The notes under the pieces are model-generated. The model searched no databases and had not been told where the DNA came from. It saw only the letters and a list, made by a program, of their open reading frames with translations. Shown here piece after piece: positions 18,767 through 27,384 of a stretch of DNA of 64,000 nucleotides; position 1 is the first letter of the stretch; each line of letters starts with the position of its first letter. The DNA is from Candidatus Omnitrophota bacterium (GTDB taxonomy: Bacteria > Omnitrophota > Gorgyraeia > Duberdicusellales > 4484-171). Location of the stretch: the NCBI GenBank assembly GCA_024231025.1, contig JAAEQW010000312.1:3238-67237 (forward strand). The letters run 5' to 3'. The position numbers were made by a program, and so were the translations under genes.

Positions 18767-21121
18767 TTATAGAGAATCTTCCATACCTGCAATCTCGACC
18801 CTCTTAACTTCGGCATTAAAATCACACCTTAATTTTTTTACTTGAGGGTGTTCTAGGGAATATTTGGTTAAAGGTCTCAACAAGACATCCTGTATTGCCC
18901 GATTTAAAAACCGCCCTCCATACTCTACACTAAACCCCTGAGTGATTATATAATTATAAATATCTTCAGAAATTATAATCTCTTTCCCTTTTTCTTTAAG
19001 TCTACCTATTACTTGGTCTATCTTTTGTTTAGCGATTTTTTTAATTACCTCCTCGGAAAGAAAATTAAAATAAAGTATATCGTCTAAACGATTAAGGAAC
19101 TCGGGAGCAAAAAATTTCTTGATTTCCGGCTCGATCTGTACTTTTATATAAGATTGTATCTTGTCAGGATCAATGTTTTTGATATCACTTTCCTTAAGAT
19201 TCTTTACACCTAAATTAGATGTCATAATTATTGTTGCAAAGCTAAATGAAACAGTTTCCCCCTTGGCATCTGTTAATCTTCCATCATCGAACATCTGCAA
19301 AAACAACCTTAAAACATCGGGGTGTGATTTTTCTACCTCATCAAACAAAATAACAGAATAAGGGTTTGCCTTAACAACATTTGTCAATACACCGCCCTCT
19401 TCGCTACCTTGATAACCAGGTGGAGAACCAATCAATTTTGATGCATTATGCTTTTCCATAAATTCAGACATATCAAACCTAAGCAACTGACTTTCGCTGC
19501 CCAGTAATGACTCAGCCAAAGCCTTAGCTAGTTCTGTCTTTCCTGTACCGGTAGAACCAACTATTAAGAAAACACCATCGGGTCGTTGTGGCTTAATATC
19601 CATCTCGTACTTGGTAAGCTGAATAACATCGACTATCCTTCTAATTGCTTCATCCTGACCGTGCACTTTTTTCTTTAGTTTATCTTCTAAATCTAAAAAT
19701 ATCTTTTCCTGAGAAAAAAGAATCTGATTTACCGGAATCCTCATAACATCAGATACAATCTGAGCTATCACATTAGCATCAACATTTTTTCCATCTACCT
19801 CAGATAACGAAACCCTACTTGCAGCCCTGTCTAAAAGAGATAATGCCTTACCCGGCAAACACCTATCTTTAATATACTTTGACGAGATATCAATAGCCGC
19901 TTCTACCGCGTCATTGTCAATTGGAACCTGGTGATATTCACTATATTTTCCTGCTGCATTTTGTAAAATTTTATGAACCGTAGCTATATTTGGCTCATCT
20001 ATTCGTATAACTTCAAAACCTCTAGCTAAAGATGTATCTTTTTCAACTTGTTTTTGATAATCACTTATAGTAGTTGTCCCAATACAACATAGTTGACCTC
20101 GCAATAAAGCTGGCTTAAAAAGATTGGCTGCGCTTGATACACCTTCACCACCTGCCCCAATCATCTGATGTATATCAGAAAGAAAAAGTATTATATTCTC
20201 ATCATCCTTACATTCTTCTAATATTTTCTGAATCCGTTCTTCAAACTGTCCTCGTAATGTAGTTCCAGCGATTAATCCTCCTAAATTAATTTCGATAATC
20301 TTCTTACTCTTTAAACGTTCGGATGCTTTACCCTTCACTATCCTATCCGCTAAACCATCCACGATGGCAGTTTTACCAACCCCTGGCTGACCTATTAAAA
20401 TTACATTATTTTGCCCTTGCCTCAAAAGAACTTCTTCAACCGCGGTAATCTCCTTCTCTCTTCCTACAATTTCAGTAAACTTACCATCCTCGGCTAACAA
20501 ATTTAGGTTACTGCCGTATTTATCTAAAGTTTTTTCCCTAAAATTAGAAAAAGACTTATATGGTTTCGCTTGTTCACACTTCTGAGCTTCTCGAATAGCT
20601 TCTTTCTCAAAGAAGCTCATCGAACTGTCAATTTTTCTATTTTCCATTATGGCGTCAACATGCTTAATGATACGTGCAAACTCAACAAGACATTCCTGCT
20701 TTATGCCAAAAGTATCCTCAAATAATTTCAACACACCGTTATACTTATCTCGATACTTAAATATCGCTCTTAAAATATGCTCCTCACACACCACTACAGA
20801 ATCGCTATCTTTGGCTTCTTTTTCTACATGTTTGAAAAAGATCTCCTCTTTCTTCCAATTTTCTTCTGTAGGCTCATCTTCCTTTGTGTCGTAAATATAA
20901 CCATGTAGTAAGTTTTTCACGGCGGGTGTACATAAAGAAAAACGCCTAGATAACATAATATAGAAAAGATGTTTTAAATCAGCAAAAGCCAAAAAAGTTA
21001 GTTCATAGTTAACTGGTGGATCAACGTGACTAAAAGCTGGTGATAACTTCCTAGCTTTATTAACAATCGTCTCCGCTCCTTTATTAAACTGCATCTCTGT
21101 ACCCTTAACGAAGAATTTCAT
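18767..21121 (-). CDS. Clp/Hsp100 ATPase with two AAA+ domains (ClpA/ClpV-like, atypical)
   Basis: GQPGVGKT and GSTGTGKT Walker A motifs, FDMSEF...GSPPGY, ILFDEVEK, PEFLNRLD. Confidence 0.9.
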   Translation of the reverse strand: MKFFVKGTEMQFNKGAETIVNKARKLSPAFSHVDPPVNYELTFLAFADLKHLFYIMLSRRFSLCTPAVKNLLHGYIYDTKEDEPTEENWKKEEIFFKHVEKEAKDSDSVVVCEEHILRAIFKYRDKYNGVLKLFEDTFGIKQECLVEFARIIKHVDAIMENRKIDSSMSFFEKEAIREAQKCEQAKPYKSFSNFREKTLDKYGSNLNLLAEDGKFTEIVGREKEITAVEEVLLRQGQNNVILIGQPGVGKTAIVDGLADRIVKGKASERLKSKKIIEINLGGLIAGTTLRGQFEERIQKILEECKDDENIILFLSDIHQMIGAGGEGVSSAANLFKPALLRGQLCCIGTTTISDYQKQVEKDTSLARGFEVIRIDEPNIATVHKILQNAAGKYSEYHQVPIDNDAVEAAIDISSKYIKDRCLPGKALSLLDRAASRVSLSEVDGKNVDANVIAQIVSDVMRIPVNQILFSQEKIFLDLEDKLKKKVHGQDEAIRRIVDVIQLTKYEMDIKPQRPDGVFLIVGSTGTGKTELAKALAESLLGSESQLLRFDMSEFMEKHNASKLIGSPPGYQGSEEGGVLTNVVKANPYSVILFDEVEKSHPDVLRLFLQMFDDGRLTDAKGETVSFSFATIIMTSNLGVKNLKESDIKNIDPDKIQSYIKVQIEPEIKKFFAPEFLNRLDDILYFNFLSEEVIKKIAKQKIDQVIGRLKEKGKEIIISEDIYNYIITQGFSVEYGGRFLNRAIQDVLLRPLTKYSLEHPQVKKLRCDFNAEVKRVEIAGMEDSL

Positions 21122-21169
21122 TCTACCTCACTTTCAAGATATCTTTTCATAAATGGAAAAACACGCATT

Positions 21170-21880
21170 TTAATCCTTTAGTAATTCTTGAGGTACAAAT
21201 TCTTCGATTAATTCTTTCTGAGAAACTGCAGGAGTTGTATATGCTCCGCCTAAATCATAAAGTAAGTTTTCTGCTTCATCATGCTTAAATTCTCTAGCCA
21301 AAGTAACTGCGGTGGCATTATTTTTATCTTTAAAATGTAATTTTGCTCCTTCAGAAAATAGCAATTTAATAACGTCCGTAAAACCTAGACATGCTGCTTC
21401 CATGATAGCAGTTCTCCCGTATTTATTTTGTTTGTTAATATCAACCCCCGCAAAAACAATTAACTTAATGATTTCCAAATTATTCTTATAAACAGCCCAA
21501 ATCAAAGGAGTTTTATCATTATTATCTTCTATACCCAAAATAGCACTATTTTTTATCAACAATTTAACCATATCTTCATGTTCCATCATTACAGCAATCG
21601 CAATTGCTGTTCTCCCATCCTCATTCTTAGCATCAACTTTAGCTCCTCTGGAAATCAATAATTCTGCTATCTCAACATTCCCTTCAGCAGCAGCAAACAT
21701 AAGTGGTGTATCATCGTATTTAAATCTTTTGTTTACATCAAACCCACCATCAACTAATTCTTCTATTTTTGAAACTTTCTTAAGCTTAATGCACTTTATA
21801 AATTCACTATCTATAGATTGAGCCAATACATTAAAGAGTATTCCAAAAGAGATTAATGATAGTATAAATAATTTTAGCAT
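21170..21880 (-). CDS. Exported ankyrin-repeat protein
   Basis: Signal peptide then about 5 ANK repeats (TPLMFAA, GRTAIAIA, TPLIWAV, GRTAIMEAA). Confidence 0.9.
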   Translation of the reverse strand: MLKLFILSLISFGILFNVLAQSIDSEFIKCIKLKKVSKIEELVDGGFDVNKRFKYDDTPLMFAAAEGNVEIAELLISRGAKVDAKNEDGRTAIAIAVMMEHEDMVKLLIKNSAILGIEDNNDKTPLIWAVYKNNLEIIKLIVFAGVDINKQNKYGRTAIMEAACLGFTDVIKLLFSEGAKLHFKDKNNATAVTLAREFKHDEAENLLYDLGGAYTTPAVSQKELIEEFVPQELLKD

Positions 21881-21929
21881 AAGTCTCCTTATTAAACCTT
21901 ATGTATTATATCCTCATTACCAACCTATT

Positions 21930-23204
21930 TTACCTTCTTTTTTCTGCCTTGTCTAATATAGCTAATACTTCCTTGGCTAGATCCGAAGAAGGATTTATTT
22001 CTAAAGCCTTATAGATGTCATCTTTGGCTTTATTATAGTCCTTGAGATGAGAATACGCCAATGCACGATCAATTAAAGCAACGAATTTAATTTGAAATGA
22101 TCCCAACTTGATAGCTTTTGTGGCATTTTGGACACTTTGCTCAAAATCATTATCCTCATAATTAACCTGTGCTTTAAATGAATACGGTTCAGAATATCTG
22201 GGTTCAATAGAAATAGCTTCATCCAAATCTTCATACGCATCAGCAATATTTCCTTGCTCTGAAAAAACCTTAGCACGATTTAAACAATACAGGGGATTTC
22301 CTGGATCATATTTTTTTGCCTGACTATATAAAATGAGAGCCTTACTATAATCTCCATTAGCAAAAGCAACAAGCCCTTGAGCATTAAACTTCTCAGCTAA
22401 TATGGCATTTCGATCCCCATTTAAAACCCTCAAAAGTAAACCTTCTTTTTTACTCTTTAAAAAATAATGTTCACCTATGCCAAAGCTACGCCCACCTAAT
22501 TGAACAAAATCTCCTTTTCTAATATCAAACCAGTAATAATTCCTATCATTTAATTTAATCAATCCAAATGAATGTGGGCCTAAACTGTTTTCATCCCACT
22601 CCTTGATACCTTCTCCAATTAGTTGCGCTAAAATAAATTCCAACTTTAGAGCCCGCATAAAAATCCATCCTAATTGTGTAAATCCAACACAATTTATTCT
22701 TCTAGTATCAAAAACTTCACGTAAATCGTAAACACCTATATCATAATCAAAGAGTGATAGAAGTTTATCTTGTATGGACTGTGCAATTTCTATCTCCAAA
22801 TCAACAAGATATTTTTTGTTAGATTCCCCCTCTAATGCTTTCCGTAAATGTTTGAGTTTATCATATTTTTTAATCAAATTTAAAGATCTCGCCATATCTA
22901 TAATCTTATCGCTAACTTCAACATCATATCCTAACTCATCAACATATTTTTTAATTGAACTAACGATATGCTCTTCCGACGAAGAAATAAAAGACTGAAC
23001 TACTATATGTTTTCCATCAATGCTCTCAATATCGTCTAAATAATAAGTTAGAGGCAAACCTTCAATATCAATCTTTATACTCTCATTATTTCGCTCAACA
23101 ATTTCCCCTTCTACAACCTGACCGCTTTTAAGCTTGATGGTTTCAGGATAAGCAAGATAACTTGGCAAAATTAACAACAACAAAATATAAACTATTTTTC
23201 TCAT
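21930..23204 (-). CDS. Exported protein: N-terminal beta domain, transglutaminase/papain-like core, TPR repeats
   Basis: Signal peptide from MRKIVYILLL; ETIKLKSGQVVEGEIVE; INCVGF...GPHSF...WFD; four C-terminal TPRs. Confidence 0.7.
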   Translation of the reverse strand: MRKIVYILLLLILPSYLAYPETIKLKSGQVVEGEIVERNNESIKIDIEGLPLTYYLDDIESIDGKHIVVQSFISSSEEHIVSSIKKYVDELGYDVEVSDKIIDMARSLNLIKKYDKLKHLRKALEGESNKKYLVDLEIEIAQSIQDKLLSLFDYDIGVYDLREVFDTRRINCVGFTQLGWIFMRALKLEFILAQLIGEGIKEWDENSLGPHSFGLIKLNDRNYYWFDIRKGDFVQLGGRSFGIGEHYFLKSKKEGLLLRVLNGDRNAILAEKFNAQGLVAFANGDYSKALILYSQAKKYDPGNPLYCLNRAKVFSEQGNIADAYEDLDEAISIEPRYSEPYSFKAQVNYEDNDFEQSVQNATKAIKLGSFQIKFVALIDRALAYSHLKDYNKAKDDIYKALEINPSSDLAKEVLAILDKAEKRR

Positions 23205-23284
23205 TTTCTTCTCTAATAAAATCTGACTACTCATTAAATATATATCTATTTATTAGTCACAACAATAGAATTACCACCTAGCAG

Positions 23285-23452
23285 CTATTCCCTCCAATCC
23301 TCAATAATCAACCTTTTCCCTACCTTTTTCACAACTACCTTTTGCTTCAACCTCCACCCCAACTCTTCAATATAATCAGTAGGTATGGTTACATAATATG
23401 TGTATCTTCCTGTTTTTGTGATTTTTCGAATTTGTTTCTTTTTGTTTGGCAT
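23285..23452 (-). CDS. AbrB/MazE/SpoVT-family DNA-binding protein (55 aa)
   Basis: Manual translation MPNKKKQIRKITKTGRYTYYVTIPTDYIEELGWRLKQKVVVKKVGKRLIIEDWRE; GGAGG RBS; below ORF-track cutoff. Confidence 0.8.
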   Translation of the reverse strand: MPNKKKQIRKITKTGRYTYYVTIPTDYIEELGWRLKQKVVVKKVGKRLIIEDWRE

Positions 23453-23463
23453 CTTTACCTCCC

Positions 23464-23532
23464 ATAGTACGTTGTATAGTACGTAGTGTTTTCATTGATA
23501 CGTATTATACTACGTATTGCTAATTTCGGCAA
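23464..23532 (-). promoter_or_regulatory. sigma70 promoter overlapped by repeated TACGT operator-like motifs
   Basis: TTGCCG-N17-TATAAT (23532-23504); ATAGTACGT twice plus two more TACGTA copies. Confidence 0.65.
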
Positions 23533-23781
23533 GATTTTCCTCCAAAAGTCGCTGATTTAAGAATTCTCCGCTCTTTAATGCCTCCTGCGGATCTTCTTCG
23601 CCTTTTACCACTTAGCAGCGCATTAAGATAACTGAAGAAGCGCCTAGCGACTGGGGGTAATGAGCCAAACGGCAGTGAAGGCAAACAGTGTCACCTATCC
23701 CCGCCCAAGCGGGGCGGTACAGGTTATATTATAAGCAGTGGAAGGATATGTTTGAGCGCTCTGTATAATTCTAACCAAAGG

Positions 23782-23880
23782 TCAGCCGAGAGTAAAGAAT
23801 TTGATCCTTCGACTTCGCTCATGACTTCCTTCGGTCGCCCTAAGTGGCTTGTTTGAATTTTGTTTTTTGTTTTCCGGCAT
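23782..23880 (-). pseudogene. Truncated replacement mtaB 5' end (island junction)
   Basis: Translates MPENKKQNSNKPLRATEGSHERSRRIKFFTLG*, stopping exactly at the codon that is TGT (Cys) in mtaB. Confidence 0.8.
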
Positions 23881-23972
23881 TTTTCGAATTTACCCCCTTA
23901 GAAAAACATCGAGCGAATACCCCTCACGCACTTGGTCTTCAGCAGATATGCGGATATAGATTGCGATTTTCA

Positions 23973-24422
23973 TCAAAATAAATCTCTCTCGGGATTTTTT
24001 TCTTTAACTAAACTAACTATTTTCTTAATCAAACTGTCAGCTGTTTCTAAACATGCTTCTGCTTCGCTATGAGTAACGTGATTTTTTGATTCATATATAA
24101 AATCGTGCCTTCTCCTTCTCAGTCTATTAAATTTGCTAACCAAGGTATCGTATTCATGGCCCAATAATAATTTCGTAACCTCAATAATCGTCTTATGCGA
24201 TCTTTTTGTTGTCGGCAGATAACCTCTCGAATACATAAGTGCCCGACCAGCTCTAATCATAGCATGATAGGCAATCGCCAATGACCAAGTTAAGTCAATC
24301 TTAAGATTAGCGTCCGCTGTTTTCAAGTCTTTTAATGATCTTTGCAGCTGCTTATTGACCTGTTTAAAGTCGGGCGTTTGCTTCTTTATAAGCTTATCTC
24401 TTAGAAATTTTTCGTAATTCAC
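23973..24422 (-). CDS. HEPN domain protein (putative toxin)
   Basis: AYHAM..AGRALM, SH, LRRRRHDFIY (Rx4Y-type); overlaps the MNT gene. Confidence 0.85.
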   Translation of the reverse strand: MNYEKFLRDKLIKKQTPDFKQVNKQLQRSLKDLKTADANLKIDLTWSLAIAYHAMIRAGRALMYSRGYLPTTKRSHKTIIEVTKLLLGHEYDTLVSKFNRLRRRRHDFIYESKNHVTHSEAEACLETADSLIKKIVSLVKEKNPERDLF

Positions 24423-24972
24423 CTTTATCTCCTATAAGCATTATCTTCTTCTCTTTTAGAATACCTAAAATAAATGGCTCCTCTTCCTTAATCTCTTGAG
24501 CAAACTCTTTCAATTTATAAAACTTATAATTTATCTCCCTTTGCAGTTTCTCTTCTAATTTATCTAACTTTTTGATTAGCTGACTCTCGTCTGGATTACC
24601 AATAATCATAAGATCTATATCGGAAAGGTAGTTCTCTTTACCTTTAGCGTAAGAACCATAAATAAAAGCAACCTTTATGCCCTTAAGCTCTTCTAGTTTT
24701 GCCCTCAGGCTCGCCTCCACGCCGACAGTTTTAAAAGTAATGCTCTTTAGCTCCTTATAAAGAGGGTAACTCTTATTCACCTTAAAATACCTAGCGTTTG
24801 CTTTATGTTCGCTGTTTAAAACACCTTCGCATACTAAATTATTAATGGTCCGTTGAAATACACCCGGCTTTTTGCCTAAAATCCTACCTACCTCCTGCAT
24901 ATAAAAAGATTTCTCAGGATTAGTAAAAAATAACCTTAGTAATTCTGCCCTATTTTTTGTCAGTGGTTTCAT
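24394..24972 (-). CDS. wHTH-fused minimal nucleotidyltransferase (MNT, putative antitoxin)
   Basis: N-terminal wHTH; YGSYAKG....SDIDL (GSx10DxD). Confidence 0.88.
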   Translation of the reverse strand: MKPLTKNRAELLRLFFTNPEKSFYMQEVGRILGKKPGVFQRTINNLVCEGVLNSEHKANARYFKVNKSYPLYKELKSITFKTVGVEASLRAKLEELKGIKVAFIYGSYAKGKENYLSDIDLMIIGNPDESQLIKKLDKLEEKLQREINYKFYKLKEFAQEIKEEEPFILGILKEKKIMLIGDKGELRKISKR

Positions 24973-25004
24973 GAATACCCCCTCTCATATCTATTACGCA
25001 TATA

Positions 25005-25033
25005 ATTGTATGCAATTTGCATATGCCTGTCAA
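25005..25033 (-). promoter_or_regulatory. sigma70 promoter of MNT-HEPN with a palindromic operator
   Basis: TTGACA-N17-TACAAT; TATGCAA-A-TTGCATA palindrome in the spacer. Confidence 0.7.
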
Positions 25034-25124
25034 GATAATTCTTCCTTTCAAATGGTATACCACAAATGCATTTTTGTAGCTATGGGTAACAATTAATTAT
25101 GCTGCATTAGGGTTAAAAAAAGGG

Positions 25125-25190
25125 TCAGCCGAGAGTATAGAATTTGACCCTCCTACGCACTGTTGGCTTCGAAGGACAGGCTTTAATCAT
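25125..25190 (-). pseudogene. Original mtaB 5' end, truncated (attL-like)
   Basis: ATG overlaps the rsmE stop (ATGA); translates MIKACPSKPTVRRRVKFYTLG*. Confidence 0.85.
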
Positions 25191-25894
25191 CTTAATAAAT
25201 CCTTAATTAATCCGACACAAAATATTGCCGCTGTCTCAACTCTTAGAACATTATCTGAAACATTAACAGCCGCGAAGTCATTTTTCGTAAACGCATCTTT
25301 TTCATCAATTGAAAAACCACCCTCCGGACCAACAGCAACAAAAAAGGTTTTAGCATCGCTCCTGACTGCCTTCTTCAGCACTACACCATCTAAATCAGCA
25401 TAAATCTTTGCATCAGAATCAATATTAATTAAATCATCGAATTTAAAAACATTATCTAGCTTAGGAATCCAAAGACGTCCTGATTGCCGAGAAGCATCAA
25501 TAATAATTGAACGCCAGCGATCAAGTTTTTTTGATGAAATTTTAGCGCTCGCTGTCCGTTGACAAATAAACGGTATAAGCCGGTTCACACCAAGCTCAGT
25601 TGCTTTTTGCAAAATAAAATCTATTTTACCTTCTCTGATCAATGGAAATCCCAAAGTAATTTCAATTAAATTCTGGTCTTCGTTTCTTAGAGAGATCTCT
25701 TTTTTTAAAGTTATTGTTGATTTAGCAACAGATTCTATTCGACACCCATACTCTTTTCCCTGTCCATCAAAAACAAGTAACTCATCGTCAACTTTAAGAC
25801 GCAAAACATGCCTTATCTTATGCACTATTTTACCATCGTCAACTTTTATAGAGTTAGCAATTTTCTCCGGCTTAATGTAAATTCTTTCTTTCAT
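25187..25894 (-). CDS. rsmE: 16S rRNA m3U1498 methyltransferase RsmE
   Basis: HVLRL, QKATELGV, VGPEGGFS, LRVETA. Confidence 0.96.
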   Translation of the reverse strand: MKERIYIKPEKIANSIKVDDGKIVHKIRHVLRLKVDDELLVFDGQGKEYGCRIESVAKSTITLKKEISLRNEDQNLIEITLGFPLIREGKIDFILQKATELGVNRLIPFICQRTASAKISSKKLDRWRSIIIDASRQSGRLWIPKLDNVFKFDDLINIDSDAKIYADLDGVVLKKAVRSDAKTFFVAVGPEGGFSIDEKDAFTKNDFAAVNVSDNVLRVETAAIFCVGLIKDLLR

Positions 25895-25899
25895 TGTAA

Positions 25900-27351
25900 T
25901 TATTCAGAGTCATTTTCGCCAAAAACAATCGCAGAAAATTTGTAAAGGTCCGCATCGCTACTCTTATAAGCGGTAGGAGGCAATCCAGCCTTCTGGCAAG
26001 TGTGTTCTAGGAATGCTTCTCTTTCCCAACCCCATTCAATGGGCACCTGAGGAAGAAGTAAGCCAGAAGAAAACCCCTTGCGGATCATCAACCCGTGCTT
26101 ACCGACTTTTATTTCTTCGATGTCTTTCACTTTAGTAAAAGGGGTTAGCACTGATATTTCAATCTCAATATCCTCTAACTCCTCGAAAGTTACTCTGGGA
26201 AACCGCGAATCATTAAGTGCAGCGTCTATTGCCTGCTTTGAGATTACCTCATAAAGCGGAATGTCAGCCACAATTCGCCCAATACACCCCCGCAATTGTC
26301 CGTCTTTATTGAGAGTAACAAATGCGCCTCGCTTCTGGGTAATATTACCGGTAATTGACTCAAATTTCGGTATTTTTTTACCCCTCAAATGCGCTTGCAG
26401 TGTTGTGCGGGCGATATTAATTAAAATTTGCTTTTCGTTATCGGATAAACTATACTCGTCCATATTATCCTCCATTTTAGCACATGCTAATGCGCTAAGA
26501 TAACCAACGACCTTATTTTTTTCACTGCTAACATCCCCTGAATTTGCGTATTTTAAAATTTTGATTTCTCCCCCTTTAGCATTCACATAGCGAAGAAGAG
26601 TAACAATCGGCACTAAGCCACAAGCTCTTCCTCCGGCATATGATCGCTGACGCCAAAGAGTCTGAGCATCTTGTGCACCAATTAATTCTATCGTATCTAC
26701 ATCGATTTTTTTTGCATCATTGTATTTATGAAAATGCGAAAGATCACTTGATGCGATGATAGCTATTTTTTTTTCTTTCGAAAGCTTCACCAGCGCAGAA
26801 ACAAGCTCACCCATTTGATCGTAGGTAATGTCACCAAAAACTATTGGAACAATTTTTATCGGACCAAAAGTTTTAAACAAAAACGGAAGCTGAACCTCTA
26901 ATGAGTGCTCACCAGAAAAGTATTTCTCCTCCAAAGAAACACACTCCAGCAAAGAAAGTTTTTTTGCGATATCACCATCAACAGGCAAATTTCCTAATGG
27001 AGTTTGGAAGGACCCTGATGGATAAATGCTCACTCCGCTAAATAAATATTTATGGCTGGGACCTAAGAGAACAATAACATCAAAATCTTCATTTTTAAGC
27101 GCTTTAAAACCGTACCCCGCAACTGATCCAGAAAAAATATAACCAGCATGAGGTGAAATTATACCAAGAATTTCACCGCTAACAGGCGCTTTGGGCGCCG
27201 CCTCTAAAAACGAAGAAACTGTTTGATCTAGCTCTTTCGAATCTCGCGGATAAAATGATCCTGCTACATCGGCTTTTTTCACCTTTTGACAGAGGCCTGT
27301 CGAGGAAAAAACAACAGATGCACTTAACAATAAAAATAATACTTTACGCAT
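25900..27351 (-). CDS. AmmeMemoRadiSam protein B (MEMO1) - protein A (AMMECR1) fusion with signal peptide
   Basis: VAGSFYP, PHAGY, EHSLEVQLPFL, SSDLSH (MEMO); GAFVTL...LRGCIG, LLLPQV (AMMECR1). Confidence 0.9.
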   Translation of the reverse strand: MRKVLFLLLSASVVFSSTGLCQKVKKADVAGSFYPRDSKELDQTVSSFLEAAPKAPVSGEILGIISPHAGYIFSGSVAGYGFKALKNEDFDVIVLLGPSHKYLFSGVSIYPSGSFQTPLGNLPVDGDIAKKLSLLECVSLEEKYFSGEHSLEVQLPFLFKTFGPIKIVPIVFGDITYDQMGELVSALVKLSKEKKIAIIASSDLSHFHKYNDAKKIDVDTIELIGAQDAQTLWRQRSYAGGRACGLVPIVTLLRYVNAKGGEIKILKYANSGDVSSEKNKVVGYLSALACAKMEDNMDEYSLSDNEKQILINIARTTLQAHLRGKKIPKFESITGNITQKRGAFVTLNKDGQLRGCIGRIVADIPLYEVISKQAIDAALNDSRFPRVTFEELEDIEIEISVLTPFTKVKDIEEIKVGKHGLMIRKGFSSGLLLPQVPIEWGWEREAFLEHTCQKAGLPPTAYKSSDADLYKFSAIVFGENDSE

Positions 27352-27384
27352 TGCGACACCTTCCTGCGTTAGTAAAGCTGGCGT

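Larger units (their letters stand above)
16549..23781. mobile_element. Genomic island 2 inserted in the mtaB 5' end (no integrase visible)
   Basis: Bounded by direct repeats of the mtaB 5' core; AT-rich accessory cargo interrupts rsmE-mtaB. Confidence 0.7.
23785..25124. mobile_element. Genomic island 1 (minimal, MNT-HEPN cargo) inserted in the mtaB 5' end
   Basis: Bounded by mtaB-core direct repeats at 23783 and 25126. Confidence 0.65.

Noticed and set aside
18767-21121. Type VI secretion ClpV/TssH
   Set aside because: No TssB/C, Hcp, VgrG or other T6SS genes in the window; only the lack of a ClpP loop is shared.
23510-23780. Possible integrase remnant at the end of island 2 (short frame VVKGEEDPQEALKSGEFLNQRLLEENLAEISNT*)
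   Set aside because: Looks protein-like but has no tyrosine or serine recombinase motif; left unassigned.
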